A stretch of DNA of 64,000 nucleotides from Candidatus Latescibacterota bacterium (lineage in GTDB: Bacteria > Latescibacterota > UBA2968 > UBA8231): positions 1,280,001-1,344,000 of the forward strand of contig CBDCSU010000006.1 in the NCBI GenBank assembly GCA_965221775.1, read 5' to 3'. Positions within the stretch are counted from its first letter, which is position 1, and every line of letters starts with the position of its first letter. Positions 28,611 through 36,759 of the stretch are shown here, piece after piece. Both the position numbers and the translations under genes were made by a program. A model generated the notes under the pieces. It saw nothing but the letters and a program-made list of their open reading frames with translations. It had not been told where the DNA came from and made no database searches.

Positions 28611-29608
28611 AGGGCAAACGAGGGAATGTCGAGAAACGCGCCCCCCTGCCGGGCCGACTCCTGGGCCAGCAGGCAGGCCTGGGCCGTGGCGAAGACCGAG
28701 CGGGTGGGGATGAAGGGATCGGCGCCGCCTTCGATGGCATCGATCAGGTCGGCGACGAAGACGCCGCCGCGGCCTTCGGGCAGGTCGGGTGTGTACGGTT
28801 CGCGGTCGTTGGTGGCGATGAGCAGGTGGTCCTCGGCGTAGGCGCGCAGGTGCGCCGAGCCGGCCGTGCCCATGATGATGAAGCGGGTGTCGCCGAAGGA
28901 GGGCGAGGCTTGGGGCGTGAGCCAGTCGGCGGTGAGGGTGGCCAGGGCGCCGTCGGAGAGCGCGAAGGAGGCCTGCACGTGGTCCTCCAACTGCGGCTCA
29001 TCGGTGAACCGCTGGCAGGTGGTGAGGGCGTGAACGCCGACGCACTCGGCGCCGGTGAGCCAGCGCACTTGGTCGACGCCGTGGCAGGCGAGGTCGTGGA
29101 AGGGCCCCGTGTACTGCTCCGGGTCGAAGTACCAAGCGGGGGCCGTGGCGCGGGTGATCTTGTGCGGGTGGGTGGAGACGAGACTTGCGATGGTCCCCAG
29201 CTCCCCGTCGAGAAGGGCCCGTCGCAGGGCGATGAAGGGCGGATAGCTGCGCGAGGTGAACCACATGGTCACCTGGATCGAGCTGGCGGCCACCGCGCGT
29301 CGCATGCGCTCCCAGTCGTCGAGGGAGTGGCACAGGGGCTTGTCGAGAAGCAGGTGAATCCCGGCGCCGGCGCAAGTCTCCACCAAGGCGGTCTTCTCGC
29401 GGTGGATCAGGCCTTCGAGGATCAGCTCCGGCCGGGCTCGGTCGATCATCTGATCCAGGGTGGCGAAGCGGGGGATGGACGGGTAGCGCGCGCAGAGGGC
29501 GTCGTCCTCTTCCACCAGGCCGACGATCTCGCCGTTGGATGCCTGCTGCGCGGACTGGATCATGCCGCCGATGTGGCCGTAGTGGACGCCCACGATGCCG
29601 ATGCGCAT
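28607..29608 (-). CDS. Gfo/Idh/MocA oxidoreductase
   Basis: RIGIVG Rossmann start, LLDKP, DLACHGVD; ATG 29608. Confidence 0.88.
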   Translation of the reverse strand: MRIGIVGVHYGHIGGMIQSAQQASNGEIVGLVEEDDALCARYPSIPRFATLDQMIDRARPELILEGLIHREKTALVETCAGAGIHLLLDKPLCHSLDDWERMRRAVAASSIQVTMWFTSRSYPPFIALRRALLDGELGTIASLVSTHPHKITRATAPAWYFDPEQYTGPFHDLACHGVDQVRWLTGAECVGVHALTTCQRFTDEPQLEDHVQASFALSDGALATLTADWLTPQASPSFGDTRFIIMGTAGSAHLRAYAEDHLLIATNDREPYTPDLPEGRGGVFVADLIDAIEGGADPFIPTRSVFATAQACLLAQESARQGGAFLDIPSFAL

Positions 29609-29757
29609 GGTCGACTCTCCGGGGTGGCGTGAGCGCGGGAACATAGGCCGCGCCGGATCGATGCGCTACGGCTGCGGCGGCGTATATTCGGGGCCTCGCA
29701 GGATCTGCTCGCCTTCGACGGGGGACGCACACCATGCGAGCCGAGACGGGAAATGCC

Positions 29758-30117
29758 ATGGCACGCAAGGCGAAGAAGAAGGCCGATGGCGAGGCGGAGG
29801 TCCTCGAGAAGATCGCCGCCATGCCGGAGCCCTACCGCGGCATGGGTGAACGTCTCCACGCGCTCATTCGACAGAGCGCGCCCGAGCTCAAACCAAGAGT
29901 GTGGTACGGCATGCCGGGATATGCCCTCGACGGACCCGTGCTCTGCTTCTTCCGGGCGGACGATCGCTACATGACCTTCGGTCTCACCGAGAAGGTGGAT
30001 CTCTCCGTCGAGGAGGGCGCCCCGAACCAGCTCATGGGCTGCGCGTGGTTCTTCACGGAGCTGGACGATGCAACCGAGGCTGGACTCTCGGAGATCGTGC
30101 GCAAGGCGGTGACCTGA
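29758..30117 (+). CDS. DUF1801 (YdhG-like) protein
   Basis: APELKPRVWYGMPGYA, YMTFG. Confidence 0.8.
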   Translation: MARKAKKKADGEAEVLEKIAAMPEPYRGMGERLHALIRQSAPELKPRVWYGMPGYALDGPVLCFFRADDRYMTFGLTEKVDLSVEEGAPNQLMGCAWFFTELDDATEAGLSEIVRKAVT

Positions 30118-30665
30118 TGAACCCCAAGGTGTGGCCGGAGGAGATGACCGCCCTGCGGCCGATCCTGCTCAACTGCGGGTTGACGGAGGAGATCAAGTGG
30201 CGCAAGCCGTGCTACAGCCACGAGGGCAAGAACATCGTCATCCTCCAGGAGATGAAGGAGTTCCTGGCCCTCATGTTCTTCAAGGGCGCCCTGTTGAAGG
30301 ACCCTGCAGGGGTGCTGGAGGACCAGGGGCCGAACTCGCGGTCCGCCCGCCGTATCCGGTTCACCTCGGTGGAGGACGTGGCCCGCCTGGCCGACACGGT
30401 CGAGGCGTACGTCGAAGAGGCGGTCGCCGTCGAGGAGGCGGGCCTGAAGGTGGACCCGGCCCCCGAACCCGTCCTGGTCGCGGAACTGCAGAGCCGCCTG
30501 GACCGGGACCCGGCGTTGAAGGCCGCCTTCGAGGCGCTGACCCCGGGGCGCCGGCGGGAGTACAACCTCTACTTCTCGGGTGCCAAACAGGCCGGCACCC
30601 GCGCGGCGCGGGTCGAGAGGTACGCTGCGAAGATCCTCGACGGCAGAGGCTTCCGGGACAGGTGA
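30117..30665 (+). CDS. YdeI/OmpD-associated family protein
   Basis: LTEEIKWRKPCY, FFKGALLKD, AFEALTPGRRREY; TGATG coupling. Confidence 0.85.
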   Translation: MNPKVWPEEMTALRPILLNCGLTEEIKWRKPCYSHEGKNIVILQEMKEFLALMFFKGALLKDPAGVLEDQGPNSRSARRIRFTSVEDVARLADTVEAYVEEAVAVEEAGLKVDPAPEPVLVAELQSRLDRDPALKAAFEALTPGRRREYNLYFSGAKQAGTRAARVERYAAKILDGRGFRDR

Positions 30666-30693
30666 CCCTCGGCCCCTCCGAGGCTGGCTCGAC

Positions 30694-30894
30694 ATGCGCA
30701 AGATCGCGGTCTTCCTGCTGCTGGTCCTCCTGGTCTGGCTGGCGCTCATCTGGATGCGGGAGGAGGGGGTCCCCCTGAATCCGCGGCGCCTGCCGTTCGG
30801 CAGCCCCGATCGGTCCGGCTGGCTCTCCTTCCGGGGGGTGCACGGGTTCAAGGTGAACGTGTGGGTGGCGCCTCCCGAAGCGTCCGGTGCATGA
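30694..30894 (+). CDS. Small membrane-anchored protein (66 aa)
   Basis: MRK + strongly hydrophobic helix; stop overlaps next ATG (ATGA). Confidence 0.5.
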   Translation: MRKIAVFLLLVLLVWLALIWMREEGVPLNPRRLPFGSPDRSGWLSFRGVHGFKVNVWVAPPEASGA

Positions 30895-31937
30895 AGAAGG
30901 AGTCCATACTCGCCCACCGGCTCAGCCGCCACGGACTGCTGTCCCCCGCCCGCGGCGAGGAGGAGTACCGTGAGCTGGTCAGGAGGCTGCAGCCCGTGAC
31001 CCCCGTGGCCCGGGACATGCCCGGCGCGCCGCCGCGGATGATGCACCGCTGCCGCGGGGACGACCGCCCCCTGGCCGACCGACTGCGGGGCCGCCAGGAG
31101 CTGCTGAAGGGCCGGTTCTCCGGCGGCCGGATCGGCTATGTGCTGGCCGCGGATTTCGAGCTCTACGCCGCGGCCTTCCGCCGGCCGCTGAAGAGCCTCA
31201 ACAGCGTGCAGGATCGAGTCCTTCAGGCCCTCGGCTACCACGACGGGCTGTCCCCGCGCCAGCTGCGGCTGGAGACGGAGATACAACACAAGAAGCTGAT
31301 GCCGGCGCTGCATCGGCTGCAGGAGGCGTTTCTCGTCTTCGAGGATCAGAGCGACTCCGGCTGGGACCGGCTGTGGTCGCTGCTGGGTTCCGCCCATCCC
31401 GAGGTCGACCTGGACCGGCGGTCGTGGGAGGAAGCAGCCATGACGGTGATTCGGCGCTTCCTGCAGAGCCACGTCTTCGCCACCTTCCAGCAGCTGAAGA
31501 GCTGGTCCGGATTCACCGCACGAGGGCTGGCGACGGTCCTGGCCCAACTGGAAGGGGAAGGGCTCGCACCGGTTCAGGTGGAAGGCATGGGGGAGGGATG
31601 GACCTGCGTTGAGGACCGCGGCCTGGAACCGGCTCGAATGGACGAGAGTGTCTTCCTGCTTCACCAGGGAGATCCCATGGTCCTCCCCCACACGGCCGAG
31701 CTGAAGGAGCGCTTCGAAGGGCTGGAAGTGCTCGCTTACCTGCTCATCGACGGAGAGTTGACCGGGGCGGTGTGCGGCCATTGGCGCATCGGTCCCCACG
31801 ACGTGGAGGACATCGTCCTCACCCTGCCGCGAAGGGAGCGCATGCGGCGCAAGGAGGAAGTCGTGAAGGAGGTGGACCGCTTCTACCATCCTCCCGGACA
31901 CCGGATTCTGCGCTACGCCGGCACGACCCTGGATTGA
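30891..31937 (+). CDS. AlkZ/YcaQ-like (HTH_42 winged-helix) DNA glycosylase family protein
   Basis: KGRFSGGRIGYV, RRFLQSHVFATFQQLKSWSG, LLHQGDP, LLIDGELTG...W. Confidence 0.6.
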   Translation: MKKESILAHRLSRHGLLSPARGEEEYRELVRRLQPVTPVARDMPGAPPRMMHRCRGDDRPLADRLRGRQELLKGRFSGGRIGYVLAADFELYAAAFRRPLKSLNSVQDRVLQALGYHDGLSPRQLRLETEIQHKKLMPALHRLQEAFLVFEDQSDSGWDRLWSLLGSAHPEVDLDRRSWEEAAMTVIRRFLQSHVFATFQQLKSWSGFTARGLATVLAQLEGEGLAPVQVEGMGEGWTCVEDRGLEPARMDESVFLLHQGDPMVLPHTAELKERFEGLEVLAYLLIDGELTGAVCGHWRIGPHDVEDIVLTLPRRERMRRKEEVVKEVDRFYHPPGHRILRYAGTTLD

Positions 31938-31953
31938 CACAAGAGGTGAACTG

Positions 31954-33066
31954 ATGCGAATCGACGAGCTTGACGTCCACTACGTGGTCATGCCCCTCAT
32001 CTACCCCTGGCGTACCGCCTACGGCGAGGACGCCGACATCCACTCCGTCCTCGTCCGCTTCACCAGCGGCGGGCACGAGGCCTGGTCGGAGAGCACCCCC
32101 TTCTTCGCCCCCACATATCTCAACGAGAGCGCCGGTTCCGTTTTCTACCACGTGTCGGAAGTGATGGGCCCGTGGGTGGTGGGGCGCGAGTACGACACCG
32201 CGGCCGGGCTCAACGAGAGGCTGTCGATCTTCAAGGGCAACAGCTTCGCCAAGGCGGCGATCGAGATCGGCTGGTGGACGCTGCAGAGCCGCATCACCGG
32301 GACGCCCCTGCACCGGCTGCTGGGCGGCCAGACCCGCGACGTGCCGGCGGGCGCCGACTTCGGCATCCAGGACTCGTACGACATGCTCCTCGGCAACATC
32401 CAGAAGGCGGTGGACGCCGGCTTCCCGCGGGTCAAGCTGAAGGTGGCCCCGGGGTGGGACCTGGAGATGCTGCGCATCGTCACCGGCACCTTCCCGGATA
32501 CCACCTTCCACATCGACTGCAACTCCGGGTACAGCCTCGACGACCTGCCCTTCTTCCGGGCCATCGACGGTCTGGGGCTGGCCTTCATCGAGCAGCCCCT
32601 CCACTACAACGACGTCCTCGACCACGCCGAACTGGCCAAGCGGATCGAGACGCCCATCTGCCTCGACGAGAGCGTCGTCGACGTGCGCTCCGCCGAGCAG
32701 GCGATCCGCGTCGGCGCCTGCCGCTACATCAACATCAAGCCAGGACGAATCGGCGGCCTCGCCAACGCCGTGGCCGTGCACGACATCGCCCGGGACGCCG
32801 GCATTCCCGTTTGGATCGGGGGCATGTTGGAGAGCGCGGTGGGCGCCTCCATCTGCGTGGAGCTGGCGACGCTGGACAACTTCACCTACCCGGGGGACCT
32901 CTTCCCCTCGTTCCGGTTCTACCGGCAGGACCTGTCGACGCCGCCCCTGGAGCTGGCCGAGGGCTGCGTCTTCAAGCCCTTCACCGGCGGCCTGCCGGCC
33001 CCCGACCCGGCGCTGCTGGAAGAGCGGACCCTGCGCCGCAAGAGGGTCACCCCGGGCCCGGCATGA
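31954..33066 (+). CDS. menC: o-succinylbenzoate synthase / N-acylamino acid racemase (MenC/NAAAR)
   Basis: RVKLKVAPGWD, IDCN, IEQP, ICLDES, INIKPGRIGG, GGMLES. Confidence 0.85.
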   Translation: MRIDELDVHYVVMPLIYPWRTAYGEDADIHSVLVRFTSGGHEAWSESTPFFAPTYLNESAGSVFYHVSEVMGPWVVGREYDTAAGLNERLSIFKGNSFAKAAIEIGWWTLQSRITGTPLHRLLGGQTRDVPAGADFGIQDSYDMLLGNIQKAVDAGFPRVKLKVAPGWDLEMLRIVTGTFPDTTFHIDCNSGYSLDDLPFFRAIDGLGLAFIEQPLHYNDVLDHAELAKRIETPICLDESVVDVRSAEQAIRVGACRYINIKPGRIGGLANAVAVHDIARDAGIPVWIGGMLESAVGASICVELATLDNFTYPGDLFPSFRFYRQDLSTPPLELAEGCVFKPFTGGLPAPDPALLEERTLRRKRVTPGPA

Positions 33067-33182
33067 TCCGCGGGGGCGGAACCGGACATTGTGTGATCCA
33101 CCCTCGACGATACCTTAGCGCCCGACGGCCGCCACCCGGCGCTGTCGGTGGACCAACCCTTCTTGCAAGAGCGGAGACGAGC

Positions 33183-33851
33183 ATGTTCAAGCAGTTCCCC
33201 ATCGGTCTTGTGCTGATCCCCCTGCTGTCCCTCGGATGTGGTGAGGGCGGCGATCCGGCGGATTCCGAGTCGACGCCCGGCGCCGCGGCCGGCGCCATTC
33301 CATCACTTCTCAACCCCAACCTCGCTTCGGAAGACCAGCTCGCCTCGGTCGCCGGACTCACCCCGGAAGCGGCGGCGGCTCTCGCCGGCGGCCGTCCCTA
33401 CCTGACGGCTTCGGACTTCCACGCGGCGCTGTCGGACGCGGTCGGCGGAGACGCGGCGGTGGCCGCCTACGGTGCGCTGTGGCTGCCGATCAACCTCAAC
33501 GACGCGACCACCGCGGAGATCCTGCTGATCCCCGGCGTGGGCGAACGGCTGGCCCATGAGTTCGAGGAGTACCGCCCCTACGCGGACATGGAGCAGTTCC
33601 GCCGGGAGATCGGGAAGTACGTGGACGACGACGAGGTGGAGCGCCTGGCGGGATACGTGTACGTGCCCATCGACCTGAACAGCGCCACCCGCGAGCAGCT
33701 GATGGCAGTCCCGGGGATGACGGAACGGATGGCCCACGAGTTCGAGGAGTACCGCCCGTACACCGATCTCGACCAGTTCCGCCGCGAGATCGGGAAGTAC
33801 GTGGACGACGACGAAGTCGCCAGGTTCGAGCGCTACGTGACCCTGAACTGA
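33183..33851 (+). CDS. Lipoprotein with three helix-hairpin-helix (ComEA/PsbU-like) repeats
   Basis: Lipobox LSLG-C; INLNDAT..IPGVG..EEYRPY repeated. Confidence 0.75.
   Translation: MFKQFPIGLVLIPLLSLGCGEGGDPADSESTPGAAAGAIPSLLNPNLASEDQLASVAGLTPEAAAALAGGRPYLTASDFHAALSDAVGGDAAVAAYGALWLPINLNDATTAEILLIPGVGERLAHEFEEYRPYADMEQFRREIGKYVDDDEVERLAGYVYVPIDLNSATREQLMAVPGMTERMAHEFEEYRPYTDLDQFRREIGKYVDDDEVARFERYVTLN
33483..33842 (+). repeat. Intragenic 180-bp tandem repeat (two HhH units)
   Basis: gagttcgaggagtaccgccc...atcgggaagtacgtggacgacgacga occurs twice, 180 bp apart. Confidence 0.8.
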
Positions 33852-33866
33852 GGGCGGCGGATCGGG

Positions 33867-35006
33867 ATGATCCGCACCATCGTCTTCTGGCTGCACCTCT
33901 CCGTGGCGTCGGCCGCCGGTGCGGTGGTCTTCATGCTGGCCGCCACCGGTGTCATCCTTTCACTGGAGGAGACGGTGACGGAGCTCGCCGAGTGGCGCCA
34001 CCGGATCGAGGTGCAGGATGGTTCCGCGCGGCTGCCGCCGGAGGCGATCGTCCTGGCGTCGGGGCTCTCGGCGACGTCGGTGCAGTATCGTTCGGACCCG
34101 CGCTCGCCAGTGCGGGTCTACGAAGGGCGGGAGCGCTACGCCCGCGTCGATCCCTGCACCGGGCAGGTGCTGGGTTTCGGACCTGGCGCCCTCGAGCGCT
34201 TCTTCGAAGACGTTCGCGGCTGGCACCGCTGGTTCAATCTCTCCGGGGGCTCGATCCGCAAGGGGCGCGCGGTTACGGGCGCCGTCAACGTGGCCTTCCT
34301 CTTCCTCCTGCTCACGGGGCCGGTTCTGTGGATCCCGCGGCCCATCTCCAGGAGGTCGCTCGCAGGCGTGCTCCTCCTGCGGCCAGGGGCGAGGGGCGCC
34401 CGGCGCAACCTCAACTGGCACCAGGTGGTGGGGATCTGGTCGGTCCTGCCCCTCGCGGTGATCGCGGCAAGCGGGATGACCACCTCCTACCCCTCGGTGG
34501 CCGATCGGCTCGACCCGTTCGTCGGGCGAGCGGTGCCCGTGGAGGCGTGGCCCGCCGGGATCGAGATAGCGGGGGATCCGGTGGTCCCGGAGGTGCCCGG
34601 TGCAGCCTCCCCGGGCGAAGACCTGGGGGCCGTCCTCGCCACCGCCGAGAGGTGGGCCCCGGGTTGGCGGACCCTGATCCTGAACCTGCCGCCCGCGGCG
34701 GATGGTGCGGTGAGGGTGGAGGTGCGGACGGGCCGCCGGGGTCAGCCCCACAAGACCGGCAGGCTCACCGTCGACGCGGCCACCGGGGCCGTGCAAGACT
34801 GGGAGTCCTTCAACGATGACCTGCCCCGCCGGCGGGCTCGCCAGTTCCTGCGCTACGCCCACACCGGGGAGTACTGGGGGCTCGGAGGTCAGTGGCTCGC
34901 GGGCCTGTTCTCGCTGGCGGCGACGCTGATGGTGTGGACCGGGCTCTCGCTGGCGGTCCGGCGGGCTCGGCGTTTCGTCAGGTCCCGGCGCTCGCCGCGA
35001 GGGTGA
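33867..35006 (+). CDS. PepSY-associated TM helix protein
   Basis: FWLHL, WHRWF, NWHQVVGIW, AHTGEYWG, WTGL. Confidence 0.88.
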   Translation: MIRTIVFWLHLSVASAAGAVVFMLAATGVILSLEETVTELAEWRHRIEVQDGSARLPPEAIVLASGLSATSVQYRSDPRSPVRVYEGRERYARVDPCTGQVLGFGPGALERFFEDVRGWHRWFNLSGGSIRKGRAVTGAVNVAFLFLLLTGPVLWIPRPISRRSLAGVLLLRPGARGARRNLNWHQVVGIWSVLPLAVIAASGMTTSYPSVADRLDPFVGRAVPVEAWPAGIEIAGDPVVPEVPGAASPGEDLGAVLATAERWAPGWRTLILNLPPAADGAVRVEVRTGRRGQPHKTGRLTVDAATGAVQDWESFNDDLPRRRARQFLRYAHTGEYWGLGGQWLAGLFSLAATLMVWTGLSLAVRRARRFVRSRRSPRG

Positions 35007-35009
35007 TGC

Positions 35010-36164
35010 TCACCCCGGGCTCAGCATGATCCGCTGGTACACGTCCACCGCCCGGGTCACCTGCCGGCACTCGACCCACTCCACGGCGCCATGGGCCTGG
35101 TCGATGCTGCCCGGCCCGAGGATGATCGTCGGCACGCCGCGGTCGGCGAAGGGACTGCCGTCGGTGCCGTAGGGCACCCCGCCGATCTCCGCTTCTCCCA
35201 GGACCTCCCGGCAGGCGGCGACGGCGCTCTGGACGATCCCCGCCTCCTCGGCGGTACCGACGGCGGCGAGGGTGATGTAGGGATCCTCGAGAGCGGCATC
35301 GACCCCTTCCTCCTCGGCGATGACCGCGGCGAACTGCGCCGTCACGTCGTCGGTCGTCAGCCCCGGGATGGTGCGCACGTCGACGTCGATCCGGCAGCGG
35401 TCCGGCACGAAGTTGACCTGCATGCCCCCCTCGATGACGCCGATGTTCATCGTCGGATGGCCGAGGAGGGGGTCCTCCCGGGAGGCGTAGTCGGCGCCGA
35501 TCACCTCCTCGAGGCGGGTCACCAGCCGCGCCATGCCCGAGATGGCGTTTACCCCGAGATACGGCTTCGAGCTGTGGGCGGCCTTCCCCTCGACGGTGAC
35601 GTGGAAGCGGACCACCCCCTTGTGCCCGCGGATCACGGCGAGGTCCGTCGGCTCGGCGATGACAGCGGCCTCGACCTCGACCCGGGGGGCGAGGTGGCGC
35701 GCTCCCCGCATGAGGTACTCCTCGTCCACGGAGCCGGCGTAGAGGATCGTCCGCGGCGGCTTCACCCCTGCCTCCACGAGCCGTTTCATGGCGTGCATCA
35801 TGGCCACGCCCCCCGCCTTGGTATCGGCCGAGCCGCGTCCGTACATTAGCCCGCCGCGGATGTGGGGCTCGAAGGGCGGGATCGTCATCACCTCGACGGA
35901 GGCGGTGTCCATGTGGCACTCGAAGAGCACGGCCCGGTCCGGGTCCTGCCCCTCCAGCTTGGCCACAAGGTTGTGGCGTCCCGGCAGGGCCTCCGTCAGC
36001 TCGACGGGGAGTCCGATGCCCTCGAAGAAGGCGGACAGGTACTCCACCATGCCCGCCTCTCCCTCCTGCCCCCCCGGCAGCGAGGGGTTCACGCTCTCGA
36101 TGGCCACCACGTCCTGCAAGGTGGCGAGGACCTCGTCCTCGCTACGCTCCCAATCTGCTGTCAT
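35010..36164 (-). CDS. M20 metallopeptidase (ArgE/DapE family)
   Basis: HMDT, YGRGSADTKAG, VDEE, IAEPT, GKAAHSS, QAH; ATG 36164. Confidence 0.9.
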   Translation of the reverse strand: MTADWERSEDEVLATLQDVVAIESVNPSLPGGQEGEAGMVEYLSAFFEGIGLPVELTEALPGRHNLVAKLEGQDPDRAVLFECHMDTASVEVMTIPPFEPHIRGGLMYGRGSADTKAGGVAMMHAMKRLVEAGVKPPRTILYAGSVDEEYLMRGARHLAPRVEVEAAVIAEPTDLAVIRGHKGVVRFHVTVEGKAAHSSKPYLGVNAISGMARLVTRLEEVIGADYASREDPLLGHPTMNIGVIEGGMQVNFVPDRCRIDVDVRTIPGLTTDDVTAQFAAVIAEEEGVDAALEDPYITLAAVGTAEEAGIVQSAVAACREVLGEAEIGGVPYGTDGSPFADRGVPTIILGPGSIDQAHGAVEWVECRQVTRAVDVYQRIMLSPG

Positions 36165-36213
36165 TCGTACCTGTCCTGGTCTTGTTTCCGCTCCGGGAAT
36201 ATGACCCCGCCGG

Positions 36214-36624
36214 TTGAGGTTGATCAAACTGACCCGCCGTGACCTGGAATTGCGGATGACAGGAGATGAGCCCAAGTGGCTCTACCGGACGCTATCCTGC
36301 CTCAAGGAGTTGCTCGAGTTGCCTGAGGGTTGGGATTCCTACGATGCAAGCATCATCACCGACGAGGCCATCGCGGGGGCAGCTGATGTACTGGAAAGGC
36401 TGCAACTCCCTATGGAGGCACCGCAGCCGGATGTTGTTCCGGGTTCGTCGGGCAGCGTACAACTCGAATGGCACAGATCAGGTGCGGATGTGGAGATCCA
36501 CATTTCCTCCGCGGGTCACGCAACGGCCTTTCTGTCCGGTTCAGGTGAGTACGTCCAATTCGAGACGATTGATCAAGAGGCAAGGCTCCGGCTTTCCGGA
36601 GTGCTCTCTCCCATGGCTTCATGA
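36214..36624 (+). CDS. Hypothetical protein (L..GWDSY.A motif family); start uncertain (TTG 36214 or ATG 36256)
   Basis: LLELPEGWDSYDA, VVPGSSGSVQLEW; lower GC than flanks. Confidence 0.6.
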   Translation: MRLIKLTRRDLELRMTGDEPKWLYRTLSCLKELLELPEGWDSYDASIITDEAIAGAADVLERLQLPMEAPQPDVVPGSSGSVQLEWHRSGADVEIHISSAGHATAFLSGSGEYVQFETIDQEARLRLSGVLSPMAS

Positions 36625-36683
36625 GTGGCAGCCAGAACGCATGGCCCAGTCACAGGCCCCACCAGGTCGGTGAATAGGCGCAC

Positions 36684-36698
36684 TTGCGGGCTCCGCAA
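36684..36698. promoter_or_regulatory. Palindromic putative operator upstream of the DMG-dehydrogenase operon
   Basis: TTGCGG-gct-CCGCAA perfect inverted repeat about 60 bp before the TTG start. Confidence 0.3.
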
Positions 36699-36759
36699 TA
36701 GTCGTTGAGCCCTCCCGGGACTGAGCCCCAGAGCCCTTCGCCTCACCAGGCCCCAGCCT

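Noticed and set aside
33483-33842. Direct repeats as CRISPR-like array
   Set aside because: In-frame coding repeat of HhH domains; no spacers or cas genes.
36625-36759. Glycine riboswitch upstream of GcvT-domain genes
   Set aside because: Conserved GGAGA/CCGAAG/CTCTCAGG elements not found.
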